Positions 53,023-62,993 of a DNA stretch of 64,000 nt are shown piece after piece (within the stretch, counting starts at the first letter, position 1; every line of letters begins with the position of its first letter). The stretch is from positions 1,608,550 to 1,672,549 of the forward strand of contig OZ255827.1 of NCBI GenBank assembly GCA_965277625.1, written 5' to 3'. Source of the stretch: Gammaproteobacteria bacterium. Lineage in GTDB: Bacteria; Pseudomonadota; Gammaproteobacteria; CAKMZV01. The notes under the pieces were generated by a model. That model worked only from the letters and a program-made list of their open reading frames with translations, did no database searches and was not told the origin of the DNA. The position numbers and the translations under genes are program-made.

Positions 53023-53949
53023 ATGGTCAAAGTTGCATTGGGTGTTATCTCAATTGATCAAGGTTATTTATTGTCTCTAAGACCATCCAATACCCATTTG
53101 GCTGACCATTGGGAGTTTCCGGGAGGGAAGATAGAACAATCTGAAACGTCTATAGAAGCCCTTAAACGCGAGCTCCATGAAGAGATTGGCATCCAGGTCA
53201 TTGAGGCACAGTGTTTTTTGGTATTCAGTTGGCAGTACGCCGACCTAAATATCGAATTTCATTGCTTTCTAATCGATCAGTTTCGCGGAACGCCCACCTC
53301 AAAAGAAGGGCAACGATTAGAGGGTTATTCTTTTTTGGCAATGAAAAAACTGCGCATTCCTGCAGCCAATCAATATCTGATTAACGCCTTGATGTTGCCC
53401 CAAACCTTAGCCATCAGTCCCCAATTGTCTGGAACAGCCGCGCATTTTCAACAATGTTTGAAACAGTTTGACGACCCACAACGCATGGTGCGAATCCGTG
53501 TTGGTGATCCGGCCATTTTTACAATAGAGCAGTGGCAAACATTGGCAATTGAAGCACAAAAAACCCAAACTTTTATATTGTTTGAACCCGCAGTGTATGA
53601 GCACATTCGAACCAATGATTATTGTGGCATCCATCTGAAGCAAGATGCGCTCATGACGAATAAAACCAAACCACAGGCGGCGATTGTTGGCGCATCATGT
53701 CACGATGCCGCCAGCCTCAATCGCGCCTTAGCATTAGGCATGGATTATGTTTTACTTTCGCCTATATTGAGCACCAACTCACATCCAGATATTGCTGGAA
53801 TGGGCTGGCAGAAGATGCAGAGCTTGATTCAATCAAAACCCACTGTGGTGTATGCTTTGGGAGGGATGCAACAATCTCATCTTAAAATCGCTCGAAAACA
53901 TCAAGCGCACGGGATTGCTGGCATCAGTGATTTTTGGCTTAGTAAATAA
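53023..53949 (+). CDS. mutT: Nudix (MutT-like 8-oxo-dGTP diphosphatase) fused to a ThiE/TenI-like domain
   Basis: N-terminal Nudix box (GGKIEQSETSIEALKRELHEEIG). The C-terminal 180 or so residues have a thiamine-phosphate-synthase-like fold (AIVGASCHD...YVLLSPI...ALGG). Confidence 0.7.
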   Translation: MVKVALGVISIDQGYLLSLRPSNTHLADHWEFPGGKIEQSETSIEALKRELHEEIGIQVIEAQCFLVFSWQYADLNIEFHCFLIDQFRGTPTSKEGQRLEGYSFLAMKKLRIPAANQYLINALMLPQTLAISPQLSGTAAHFQQCLKQFDDPQRMVRIRVGDPAIFTIEQWQTLAIEAQKTQTFILFEPAVYEHIRTNDYCGIHLKQDALMTNKTKPQAAIVGASCHDAASLNRALALGMDYVLLSPILSTNSHPDIAGMGWQKMQSLIQSKPTVVYALGGMQQSHLKIARKHQAHGIAGISDFWLSK

Positions 53950-54013
53950 GCCCATGTGGGTGTCGCTGACTCTAACCCCTTCGCGCCTTTCAGTCAGATT
54001 TAAACGATAAAGA

Positions 54014-54307
54014 TTAACTCAGTTCTTCAATGTTGTGGACTTCGTCCATTTTCAAATTATTTGAATGGGCGAATTTCAACACGTGATCATACAAAATTTT
54101 GTTTGAATCTTTCATGTCTTCACAAAGCACCAAACAACGTTTGCCGTTTATTATTTTGGGATAGAGGTGCGGTGAGCAGTTCAACCGTTGCGAAAAATAG
54201 CTGGCGCCCAAAGAACAGACCCGGTCTATCCAATCACTGGGTCTAAAGGCTTTCCCCTCATTTGTGACGCTTTCGATAATGTATGTCTTTGTGCTTGCCA
54301 TGATCAA
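54014..54307 (-). CDS. Hypothetical protein
   Basis: 97-aa ORF downstream of ihfB on the same strand. No motif recognised. Confidence 0.4.
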   Translation of the reverse strand: MIMASTKTYIIESVTNEGKAFRPSDWIDRVCSLGASYFSQRLNCSPHLYPKIINGKRCLVLCEDMKDSNKILYDHVLKFAHSNNLKMDEVHNIEELS

Positions 54308-54322
54308 TTACCTAAAGCATGC

Positions 54323-54607
54323 TCAATCATTTTTATTTAATCGATTATGCAAGGCTTTACCGACCTTGAAGTGTGGAATGCTCCGCACATTGAGGCTGAC
54401 CTTCTCTCGGGTCTTGGGATTGGTCGCATAGCACCGATCGTATTGGCGTAAATTGAATGTTCCAAAGCCTCTAATTTCGATGCGATCTCCATCAACCAAA
54501 GCCTCTGCCAGCGCATTGATAACCTCTTTAACCGATTTCTCAATGTCTTTTTCAAATAACTGAGGTCTCTTATCCGCTATTCTTTTAACTAAGTCGGCTC
54601 TGATCAT
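54323..54607 (-). CDS. ihfB: Integration host factor subunit beta
   Basis: 94-aa HU/IHF fold (RIEIRGFGTF, NPKT-EKV, PHFK-GK), downstream of rpsA as in many Proteobacteria. Confidence 0.9.
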   Translation of the reverse strand: MIRADLVKRIADKRPQLFEKDIEKSVKEVINALAEALVDGDRIEIRGFGTFNLRQYDRCYATNPKTREKVSLNVRSIPHFKVGKALHNRLNKND

Positions 54608-54615
54608 AATCTAGT

Positions 54616-56289
54616 TTAAGATTCTTTGGGTTGTTCACCGTCCAATTCACCAAATAATGAACCAATGGTGCTGTCCACTTTCTCATCTTTGCGGGCACTG
54701 GATTGATAATCTTTAACAGCTTGCTTTTCTTCGATTTCAGAAATGTTTTTCATAGAAACATACATTTTTCTATTTTTACGATCCACACTGGTGATTGCAA
54801 CGCGTACTGTATCGCCATCGTTTATTTCGCCAAGGACTTCTGGTTTGCGTAAAAACACAACAACGCTGGGGGCCAATTCGACTTCATAGCCTTTTTCATC
54901 AGAAGCAATAACGCGTCCTTCGACAATAGATCCTTTGTTGTTGGTGTCAGCATAAGCTGTGAACACATCCTCAGACAATTGTTTGATGCCGAGTGAAATG
55001 CGTTCTCTGTCAATGTCAATGCTCAACACAAGGGCTTCAATTTCTTGCCCTTTATGATATTCTCTGAGCAATTTTTCTGAATCTTTGCCCCAAGACAGGT
55101 CGGTTAAGTGCACCAAACCGTCGATGCCACCATTTAATCCCACGAATAAACCGAAATCTGTAATTGAACGGATGGAGCCAACGACTTTATCGCCGCGGTC
55201 ATGGGTGTGTGCAAATACTTCCCATGGGTTTTCTTGACATTGTTTGATAGACAAGGAAATTCTTCTTCTTTCCATATCAACTTCCAACACTTTGACCGGC
55301 ACTTCTTGCCCAACGTGTAAGACTTTATTTGGATGGATGTTTCTGTTGGTCCAATCTAATTCTGAGGTGTGAACCAATCCATCAATGGCATTTTCTAATG
55401 CCACAAATGCACCATAATCAGTGATGTTAGCCACTTTGGCCGTTTGAATCACAGTGCCAGGTGGATATTTTTCTTGAATGCTCTGCCATGGGTCTTCAGT
55501 CAATTGCTTCATGCCTAATGAAACACGGAAGCGTTCTCTGTCAAATTTGAGCACTTTAACTTCAATGGTATCACCAATTTGTAACATTTCTGAAGGATGG
55601 CTGACACGTTTCCATGCCATGTCGGTAATGTGCAATAGGCCATCAGTACCACCCATGTCAATAAATGCGCCATAATCGGTAAGATTTTTGACGATACCCT
55701 CTACTACATCACCTTCGTTCAAATTGCTTAATAATGCTTCGCGTTCAGCTTGCGTTTCTTCTTCAATCACCGCACGACGTGAAACGACCAAATTATTGCG
55801 ATCGATGTCTAACTTAACAATCTTAACTTGAACTTTCTCGCCTTCAAAAACACTCATGTCAGGGACTTGTCGAACATCAACCAGCGACCGTGGTAAAAAT
55901 GCTCTCACCTTGCCAATTTCCAAACTCAATCCGCCTTTGACTTTATTGGTCACAAAGCCCGTTAGAATTTCACCGTTGTTCATGGCTTGTTCTAAGCGAT
56001 TCCAAGTTTCAATTCGTTGGGCTTTTTCTCTCGATAATCGAGTTTCACCGGCTATATCAACGGTGGTTTCAACATAGACTTCAACGCTGTCGCCTATGGA
56101 AACTGATACTTCACCATTTAAATCTTGGAATTGAGACAGTTCAATGAATGCTTCCGATTTCATTGCCGCATCTACGACAACTTCATCGCCTTGAATATCT
56201 ATGACTGTGGCTGAAATGATTGCGCCTGGCTTAAACTTCTCTTTATCGTAGGAAGCCTCGAATAGTTCTGAAAAACTTGGGTTTGACAT
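54616..56289 (-). CDS. rpsA: 30S ribosomal protein S1
   Basis: 557-aa protein with six S1 repeats. N-terminal MSNPSFSELFEASYDKEKFKPG is collinear with E. coli S1. Confidence 0.97.
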   Translation of the reverse strand: MSNPSFSELFEASYDKEKFKPGAIISATVIDIQGDEVVVDAAMKSEAFIELSQFQDLNGEVSVSIGDSVEVYVETTVDIAGETRLSREKAQRIETWNRLEQAMNNGEILTGFVTNKVKGGLSLEIGKVRAFLPRSLVDVRQVPDMSVFEGEKVQVKIVKLDIDRNNLVVSRRAVIEEETQAEREALLSNLNEGDVVEGIVKNLTDYGAFIDMGGTDGLLHITDMAWKRVSHPSEMLQIGDTIEVKVLKFDRERFRVSLGMKQLTEDPWQSIQEKYPPGTVIQTAKVANITDYGAFVALENAIDGLVHTSELDWTNRNIHPNKVLHVGQEVPVKVLEVDMERRRISLSIKQCQENPWEVFAHTHDRGDKVVGSIRSITDFGLFVGLNGGIDGLVHLTDLSWGKDSEKLLREYHKGQEIEALVLSIDIDRERISLGIKQLSEDVFTAYADTNNKGSIVEGRVIASDEKGYEVELAPSVVVFLRKPEVLGEINDGDTVRVAITSVDRKNRKMYVSMKNISEIEEKQAVKDYQSSARKDEKVDSTIGSLFGELDGEQPKES

Positions 56290-56489
56290 GGGTTTAAATT
56301 CTAGTACTTTGTATCTGATCGGTCACAAGGTAAATTTTGATCAGAGCCAATAAATTATGGGTGACCTTGCTCACCCATTTACATGGTGTTAATTATACCT
56401 AACAAGGGCGGGGACTGTTCAATAAATGAATGACTTTTCTAATAACATTATGCGGTTAATTTTGCATAATGTCTAAGCCTGAAAACAGC

Positions 56490-57923
56490 TTAAGGAATGG
56501 TGATGGTGGTGAACATGGTTTGCGCATTGCGCCAGATGAGCACAGGCACACGCGTTTTTTTGGGAATGTCTTCAATGATTTTTTTCAACGTCTCAACAGA
56601 GGTGATTTTTTTACCCTGAACCCGCATGAGAACATCGCCAGGTCGAATGCCTGCATTGGCAGAACTGCCGTTGAGTTTAACGTTTTTGACATAAATGCCA
56701 TACTCTAAATTCTCGGCAAATCGGGTTGGTAAAGGAATGACCTGAATGCCAATTGAATCAATCACACCCGCAATGTCTCGCAATTTTTCAGCAGAAGCGA
56801 CATTCGTTTTGCCGCGATCTAAAGCCACAATTTTTGGCGTTAAGGTTATTTTTTTTCCTTGTCGTAATATTTCTATTTCCACAGTTTCATCGATGGGCGT
56901 CACGCCAACCATTGGCGGTAACTCATACGATTGTTCAACCCTTGTGTCTCTATATTTTAGAATAATATCGCCAATTTTTATACCAACTTTACTGGCTGGG
57001 CTGTCGGGAATAATTGCCGAAACCAGCGCACCTTGGGGCTTTGACAAATTAAAACTTTCAGACAACTCAGAAGTCACCGCTTGAATCTGAACGCCCAAGA
57101 AGCCACGGTGGACAACGCCTTTTTTCTTGAGTTGTTCTACAACATTCATAACCAAATCAATGGGTATGGCAAATGACACCCCCATAAACCCGCCATTGCG
57201 ACTGTAAATCTGTGAATTAATGCCAACCACCTCACCATCTAAATTAAATAGAGGTCCACCTGAATTGCCAGGATTTATGGCCACATCTGTTTGAATAAAA
57301 GGCACATACAAATCACGCGGTAAGCTCCGACGTTTTGCGCTGACAATGCCTGCGGTCACTGAGTAATCAAAACCAAAAGGCGAGCCGATGGCCACCACCC
57401 ATTCACCAACTTTCAACTCGGATGAATTGCCCAACTTAACCACGGGCAAATCATTTGCATCCACCTTTAATAGGGCAACATCTGTGCGCTCGTCACTGCC
57501 AATTAATGTCGCAGTCAGCTCGCGCAAATCATTAAACCGAACGATGATCTTTTCAGCGCCTTTAACAACGTGATGGTTGGTTATAAGATAGCCGTCTTCA
57601 GAAACGATAAATCCTGAACCTAAGGAATTGAGCTCAGGCTTGCCTTTTCCACGATTATCATCCTGCCAGGGCGATGTGCCGCCCTCTTCTGGTGGCTGCT
57701 GATAAAAGAACTTCAACCAATCTTCGGGAATCCCTTTTAATTGTGGGGGCAATGAACGATAGTTGTTTTTGCTGAATTTAAGTGTGCTGATGTTCACCAC
57801 TGCAGGGCTGTTTTTATCAACCAGCTCGGTAAAATCGGGAATGTGTGCAAGGGTTGGTGTGACAATCGAAAATGTAATAAATGCAAATGTAATGCTTTTA
57901 ATGAAGTGCTTTAAGGCTTTCAT
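56490..57923 (-). CDS. Periplasmic serine endoprotease DegP/DegQ (HtrA family)
   Basis: Signal peptide, trypsin-like catalytic triad context (TNHHVV, GNSGGPL) and two PDZ domains. Confidence 0.9.
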   Translation of the reverse strand: MKALKHFIKSITFAFITFSIVTPTLAHIPDFTELVDKNSPAVVNISTLKFSKNNYRSLPPQLKGIPEDWLKFFYQQPPEEGGTSPWQDDNRGKGKPELNSLGSGFIVSEDGYLITNHHVVKGAEKIIVRFNDLRELTATLIGSDERTDVALLKVDANDLPVVKLGNSSELKVGEWVVAIGSPFGFDYSVTAGIVSAKRRSLPRDLYVPFIQTDVAINPGNSGGPLFNLDGEVVGINSQIYSRNGGFMGVSFAIPIDLVMNVVEQLKKKGVVHRGFLGVQIQAVTSELSESFNLSKPQGALVSAIIPDSPASKVGIKIGDIILKYRDTRVEQSYELPPMVGVTPIDETVEIEILRQGKKITLTPKIVALDRGKTNVASAEKLRDIAGVIDSIGIQVIPLPTRFAENLEYGIYVKNVKLNGSSANAGIRPGDVLMRVQGKKITSVETLKKIIEDIPKKTRVPVLIWRNAQTMFTTITIP

Positions 57924-57938
57924 ATTTGCGCTATTCCT

Positions 57939-58376
57939 TTAGTTGGTGGATCTAATTTTAAAATGATGTTGTCTCAGCATCAACTTTATTAAACGAGATG
58001 AGACGAGCATTCCCGCAAAGAACAAGACCATTCCCACCACAAATACAAATAATTCTGAGGCATATAAAAGCTGTCCCAATAATAGTCCCATGATCAGAAA
58101 TGCCAGGGGTGTGCCGTAAAGAACGAACAGACATTGTAAAAAATGTGTGCTTTTAAAAGCCACTTCGACCACATCATCAATGTCATAGTGCTGATCGGTT
58201 GAAAACCATACCGGTTTTCTGGGCGTTATTTTTTTCCAAATCATTGCCCCACAGCGACCATTACAATTTGAGCAGGGTTCAACCGCATTTTGCGCAAATA
58301 AAATCTGACCTGGTTTCACCGCAACAACACGACCAATAACATTCATTTCATCAGTTGTATTGCGCATGACGGCCAC
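57939..58376 (-). CDS. rseC: RseC/MucC-family protein
   Basis: 145-aa protein with an N-terminal Cys cluster (CSNCNGRC) and two C-terminal TMS, typical of RseC. No rpoE, rseA or rseB genes are adjacent. Confidence 0.65.
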   Translation of the reverse strand: MAVMRNTTDEMNVIGRVVAVKPGQILFAQNAVEPCSNCNGRCGAMIWKKITPRKPVWFSTDQHYDIDDVVEVAFKSTHFLQCLFVLYGTPLAFLIMGLLLGQLLYASELFVFVVGMVLFFAGMLVSSRLIKLMLRQHHFKIRSTN

Positions 58377-59471
58377 TTACACACCTTGCTTGAGGCTGGC
58401 CTCTATAAATTGGTTTAAATCCCCATCCAAAACGGCTTGAGTATTGCCGACCTCAACCCCAGTTCGTAAATCCTTTATGCGACCGGAATCCAATACATAG
58501 GAACGAATTTGACTGCCCCAACCAATATCGGCTTTGTTATTTTCTAATTGCTGTTTTTCGGTGTTGCGCTTGCGCATCTCAATTTCATACAACTTCGCCC
58601 TTAATTGCTTCATTGCTTCAGCCTTATTGGCATGTTGCGAACGCGAGCTTTGGCATTGAGTCACGGTATTGGTTGGCAAATGCGTCAACCTGACAGCAGA
58701 TTCGGTTTTATTAACGTGTTGCCCACCCGCACCTGAAGCCCGATAAACGTCCACGCGCACATCAGCGGGGTTGATGTCCACCTCAAAACTGTCATCGATT
58801 TCAGGCGACACAAATATTGAAGCAAATGATGTATGTCGTCGGTTGCCTGAGTCAAATGGTGATTTGCGCACCAATCGATGCACCCCCGTTTCTGTCCTCA
58901 ACCAACCGTAGGCGTAAGCCCCTTTTATGTGTAAAGAAGCCCCTTTTATGCCAGCAACCTCACCCTCTGAGATTTCATTTATTTCAGCGGCAAAATTTTG
59001 GCGCTCAGCCCAACGCAAATACTGCCGTAACAGCATTGAGGCCCAGTCCTGAGCTTCGGTGCCACCAGAGCCAGATTGAATTTCAAGATAACAATTATTG
59101 CCATCCAATTCACCTGAAAACATCCGTCTAAACTCTGCCGCATCCACTTGTTGGGCAAGCGTCTCAACTTCGGCGATCAAACTCTCGGCGCTTTCGGCAT
59201 CTTCTTCTTCTTTTAAGAATTGCCAGATTTCTTTGGCATCATTGACATCTTGCACCAGTTTTTTAAAACCAAGCACCTCTTCTTCTAACATCGATTTTTT
59301 GCGCCCCAATTCAGCACTTTTATCCCGATCCTGCCAAACCTCTGGCGACTCTAAATCGATGGTTATAGCGGCCAATTCTTGCTCTTTCTTAGGCAGTTCA
59401 ATCAAACAAGCCAATTGCCGCATTCGATTAGCAAGATCACTCAATCGTTCTATGTGTATGTTATATTCCAT
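58377..59471 (-). CDS. prfB: Peptide chain release factor 2
   Basis: 364-aa protein collinear with E. coli RF2 (SPF, GGQHVN). It is encoded as one uninterrupted frame with no programmed +1 frameshift site. Confidence 0.95.
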   Translation of the reverse strand: MEYNIHIERLSDLANRMRQLACLIELPKKEQELAAITIDLESPEVWQDRDKSAELGRKKSMLEEEVLGFKKLVQDVNDAKEIWQFLKEEEDAESAESLIAEVETLAQQVDAAEFRRMFSGELDGNNCYLEIQSGSGGTEAQDWASMLLRQYLRWAERQNFAAEINEISEGEVAGIKGASLHIKGAYAYGWLRTETGVHRLVRKSPFDSGNRRHTSFASIFVSPEIDDSFEVDINPADVRVDVYRASGAGGQHVNKTESAVRLTHLPTNTVTQCQSSRSQHANKAEAMKQLRAKLYEIEMRKRNTEKQQLENNKADIGWGSQIRSYVLDSGRIKDLRTGVEVGNTQAVLDGDLNQFIEASLKQGV

Positions 59472-59485
59472 GGTTGCTCAAGCAA

Positions 59486-60580
59486 CTAACAGCCATTTAA
59501 TATGGCCGATTCGACCGAGGATTTATTCGACTCAACGCTTAGAATTGATTGTTCTACATCGCATTGTTTGATGGCGATGTCTGGGTCTTTCATACCATTG
59601 CCCGTTAGGGTACAAACAATAGTAGAACCCTTGGCTATTTTTTGATTTTTGATGTCGTGCAGCAAACCAGCCACAGAAGCTGCAGAAGCGGGTTCACAAA
59701 AAATGCCTTCGTGATCGGCCAATAATTTTTGGGTTTTAAGAATGGTTGCATCATCTAATTCATCGAACCAGCCATTGGACGATTTTTGGGCGTCCCAAGC
59801 CAAATCCCAACTTTGGGGATGGCCGATACGAATGGCCGTTGCAAGCGTTTCGGGGGTATCAATAAAAGCCCCTCTTAAAAATGGCGCCGAACCACTGGCT
59901 TGAAAACCCACCATCGTCGGCGTATGCTTGGCATTGCCTGCCGCGTGATATTCTTTATAGCCCATCCAGTAGGCGCTGATGTTCCCTGCATTGCCAACGG
60001 GTAAATAATGATAATCAGGTGCCTCTCCCAATGCATCTATGATTTCAAAAGCGGCTGTTTTTTGCCCTTGTAATCGATAGGGATTGATGGAGTTAACGAT
60101 CGTAACCTTTGCTGACTCAGCCACTAATTTGACCAATTGCATGCCCACATCAAAATTGCCTTTAATCTGAATGATTTTTGCGCCATACATCAATGCTTGT
60201 GCCATTTTACCCATGGCAATTTTTCCTTCAGGGATAAGCACATAGGCTGTTATGCCAGCCCGAGCTGCATAAGCGGCGGCTGAGGCAGAGGTATTGCCCG
60301 TTGATGCACAAATTATGCCTTTAGCCCCCAAGCTGACGGCATTGGTTACAGCCATGGTCATGCCACGGTCTTTAAAAGAACCCGTTGGATTCAAACCTTC
60401 ATATTTGACATAAATGTCAACGTCTGATCCAGCCAGTTTAGCCAGTCGGTCTAACTTAATTAAGGGTGTGTTACCCTCGTGAAGACTGATGATTTTATCG
60501 CCTTCATTGATTGGCAAAGTTGCTCTGTAGCGATTGATTAACCCAGTATAATGAGATTGTGTTGACTTCTGATTGGACAT
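59486..60580 (-). CDS. thrC: Threonine synthase
   Basis: 364-aa PLP enzyme with the lysine motif (PTGSFKDRG). Confidence 0.9.
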   Translation of the reverse strand: MSNQKSTQSHYTGLINRYRATLPINEGDKIISLHEGNTPLIKLDRLAKLAGSDVDIYVKYEGLNPTGSFKDRGMTMAVTNAVSLGAKGIICASTGNTSASAAAYAARAGITAYVLIPEGKIAMGKMAQALMYGAKIIQIKGNFDVGMQLVKLVAESAKVTIVNSINPYRLQGQKTAAFEIIDALGEAPDYHYLPVGNAGNISAYWMGYKEYHAAGNAKHTPTMVGFQASGSAPFLRGAFIDTPETLATAIRIGHPQSWDLAWDAQKSSNGWFDELDDATILKTQKLLADHEGIFCEPASAASVAGLLHDIKNQKIAKGSTIVCTLTGNGMKDPDIAIKQCDVEQSILSVESNKSSVESAILNGC

Positions 60581-60708
60581 AGTTTTATGACGTGGATTGG
60601 TGGTATAAAGGTTGATAAAATTTTGTCAGAACGCACAATTTAGGCGCTTGGACCCATATGATTAAAACAGGCTTCATTATACGACTTCAACGTAAATTCT
60701 GCTGATTA

Positions 60709-60735
60709 GCCTATTGCTTGAAATAGGCGTTTTTA
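60709..60735 (+). terminator. Intrinsic-terminator-like hairpin (GCCTATT-GCTTGA-AATAGGC followed by GTTTTT) in the thrC/soxX intergenic region
   Basis: Seen directly in the sequence. No plus-strand CDS lies upstream of it, so it is either a small-RNA terminator or an attenuator in front of soxX. Confidence 0.45.
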
Positions 60736-60866
60736 TGATGCACTTTCGTCTAACATTGGAGCAAATCTTATATTAGAATAGCACTCATTAATTTAGAGAT
60801 TTTGAGAATGATTGCCCAACTTTTGGCGTAAATATAAATACTCTGAATTTAAAAACATTAAATACG

Positions 60867-61241
60867 ATGAAGACATTAATTCAATACGGTGTTTCTATAC
60901 TCATAATTTCTGGGTGTGTTGCGCTGACGCCTTTGGCTTTTGCAGACGCCAACCTCATCAAAGAAGGTGAGCGCTTGGCCTTTGACCGTGCAAAAGGCGG
61001 AAACTGTATTGCTTGTCACGCCATGCCGAATGCCGACCCTAAAAAGAACACCTTACCTGGCACCATTGGTCCACCGCTTGTGGCAATGAAAATACGATTC
61101 CCTGATCGTAAAAAGCTGTTCTCTCAAATTTGGGACGCCACCTTGCTTAATCCAAATTCTATCATGCCACCTTTTGGCAAACATCATATCCTAACCAAAG
61201 AAGAAGTTGAAGCAATTACTGCATATATTCACACTTTGTAA
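60867..61241 (+). CDS. soxX: Sulfur-oxidation cytochrome c SoxX
   Basis: 124-aa monoheme cytochrome (CIACH) with a signal peptide, located directly upstream of soxYZA. Confidence 0.75.
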   Translation: MKTLIQYGVSILIISGCVALTPLAFADANLIKEGERLAFDRAKGGNCIACHAMPNADPKKNTLPGTIGPPLVAMKIRFPDRKKLFSQIWDATLLNPNSIMPPFGKHHILTKEEVEAITAYIHTL

Positions 61242-61262
61242 TCATTAAATGGGAGTCATTGA

Positions 61263-61718
61263 ATGAACCGAAGACACTTTATGAAAGGCGCAATGGCCAC
61301 AGTTGCCGTCGCCCAAACTGGACTGCTCACGGCAACCCCGTCACTGGCTAAATGGGAGCAACAAGCGTATGAATCAAAAACAGCGGAAGATGCCATTCAA
61401 AATTTGTTCGGCAAACAAGCCGTCAAAATAACTTCGGGCGTCAAATTCAAAGCCCCAGGTATCGCCGAAAATGGCTTGGTCGTCCCCATAGAAATTGATG
61501 CTTCCGCTCGACCAGACATCAAACGTATTGCCGTTATTATCGAGGAAAACCCTCGACCCTTGGCTTTCAGTTATTCATTTGACCAACTCGCTTTTATTAA
61601 AACACGGGTCAAAATGAGCAAAACATCCAATGTGATTGCTGTTTTAGAAACAAAAAGCGGTGAACTCGAAAAAATGGAAAGAGAAGTCAAAGTCACCATT
61701 GGTGGCTGCGGCGGTTAA
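61263..61718 (+). CDS. soxY: Sulfur-oxidation carrier protein SoxY
   Basis: Tat signal (RRHFMKGAMATVAVA) and the diagnostic C-terminal GGCGG. Confidence 0.9.
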   Translation: MNRRHFMKGAMATVAVAQTGLLTATPSLAKWEQQAYESKTAEDAIQNLFGKQAVKITSGVKFKAPGIAENGLVVPIEIDASARPDIKRIAVIIEENPRPLAFSYSFDQLAFIKTRVKMSKTSNVIAVLETKSGELEKMEREVKVTIGGCGG

Positions 61719-61736
61719 TTCGATCAAAACTAATTA

Positions 61737-62057
61737 TTGGAGTTACGAACAATGAGTATCAAAATGCGAACCAAATTGTCTGATGGCGTGATCACGCTTA
61801 AAGCGCTCATCAAACACCCAATGGAAACGGGCACCCGCAAAGATAAAAAAACAGGCAACCTTATTCCAGCCCATCACATAACCGACTTAACCATTATGAA
61901 TAATGACACTGTTATTTCACGGGGCGAGATGAGCACCGCGGTTTCAAAAAATCCATTCATTGGGTTAAAGCTCAAAGGTGAAAAGGGCGATGTGATTACT
62001 TTGAGTTATGAAGATAACATGGGTAAGAAAGAATCAGCAAAAACCACTGTTAAATAA
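61737..62057 (+). CDS. soxZ: Sulfur-oxidation protein SoxZ
   Basis: 106-aa protein with SoxZ family pattern, adjacent to soxY. Confidence 0.85.
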   Translation: MELRTMSIKMRTKLSDGVITLKALIKHPMETGTRKDKKTGNLIPAHHITDLTIMNNDTVISRGEMSTAVSKNPFIGLKLKGEKGDVITLSYEDNMGKKESAKTTVK

Positions 62058-62088
62058 TTGCTTACATGCGCCCACACCTGAGAAACCA

Positions 62089-62937
62089 ATGAAATATTCA
62101 TTCATTAAAATCTTATTTTTTCTGCTCTGTTTGAGTTTACTTCCAACGATCAGCAAGGCTGAAGTTGATCCAGAAAAAGATAAAGAGGTGCTCTGGAAAT
62201 ACTTTAGCGAGCGTTTTAAAGACATCGCTGTTACTGATTATGTCAATGGGAATTATGTGTTCAGCAAAGACCTCTATGAACAATGGCAAGAAGCAGAAGC
62301 CGATTTTCCACCCTATGAAGACGCGATAGAAGCTGGTAGAAAAGAATGGAACACACCCTTAAGAAATGGCAAATCTTACGCAGGTTGCTTTGCTGGAATG
62401 GATGTTTCCCAAATCCGATCAAGCTACCCATTTTTTGATCAAGTCCGCAATCAAGTCATTACAATTGAATTGGCGCTCAATGAGTGTCGCCTGGCAAATA
62501 GCACCAAGCCTTTTAAATGGCAAAAAGGCCCATTGGCAAAATTATCGGCTTATCTGGCCTACGAAGCTCGTGGCAACGAAATAAACCCTGTCGCCCAAAG
62601 TCCTGAAGCCAAATCGGCTTATGAAAGAGGCAAGCATTTATTCTATGGCAAAAGAGGTCAGTTGAATATGGCTTGTGCGGATTGTCACGTTTATTATGCA
62701 GGCCATAAAGCGCGAGCCCAAGTGTTATCCAGCGTCATTGGACAAGTTTCTCATTTCCCCGTTCATCGGAAAAAATGGGGCAATTTGGGTACACTGCATC
62801 GCCGTTATGTGGGTTGCCAAAAAAATATTCGTGCCAAACCCTTTAAGCCACAAAGCGTTGAATACAGAAACATCGAGTTTTTCCAAACCTTTATGTCCAA
62901 AGGTTTGAAGTGGAATGGTCCGCAGTCGCGCGGATAA
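62089..62937 (+). CDS. soxA: Sulfur-oxidation cytochrome c SoxA
   Basis: Signal peptide (MKYSFIKILFFLLCLSLLPTISKA) and heme motif CADCH. Follows soxZ. Start chosen at 62089 so as not to overlap soxZ. Confidence 0.8.
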   Translation: MKYSFIKILFFLLCLSLLPTISKAEVDPEKDKEVLWKYFSERFKDIAVTDYVNGNYVFSKDLYEQWQEAEADFPPYEDAIEAGRKEWNTPLRNGKSYAGCFAGMDVSQIRSSYPFFDQVRNQVITIELALNECRLANSTKPFKWQKGPLAKLSAYLAYEARGNEINPVAQSPEAKSAYERGKHLFYGKRGQLNMACADCHVYYAGHKARAQVLSSVIGQVSHFPVHRKKWGNLGTLHRRYVGCQKNIRAKPFKPQSVEYRNIEFFQTFMSKGLKWNGPQSRG

Positions 62938-62993
62938 CCGATCTCACAACAATCAAGACCTTCTCTGCTTAGAAGTCTTTGATATATGCCCTT

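Noticed and set aside
59098-59571. 157-aa Ser-rich plus-strand ORF
   Set aside because: It is antisense to prfB and thrC and has low-complexity composition. Spurious.
62008-62088. Upstream start for soxA overlapping soxZ by 50 nt
   Set aside because: The Met at 62089 is followed by a canonical signal peptide and avoids the overlap.
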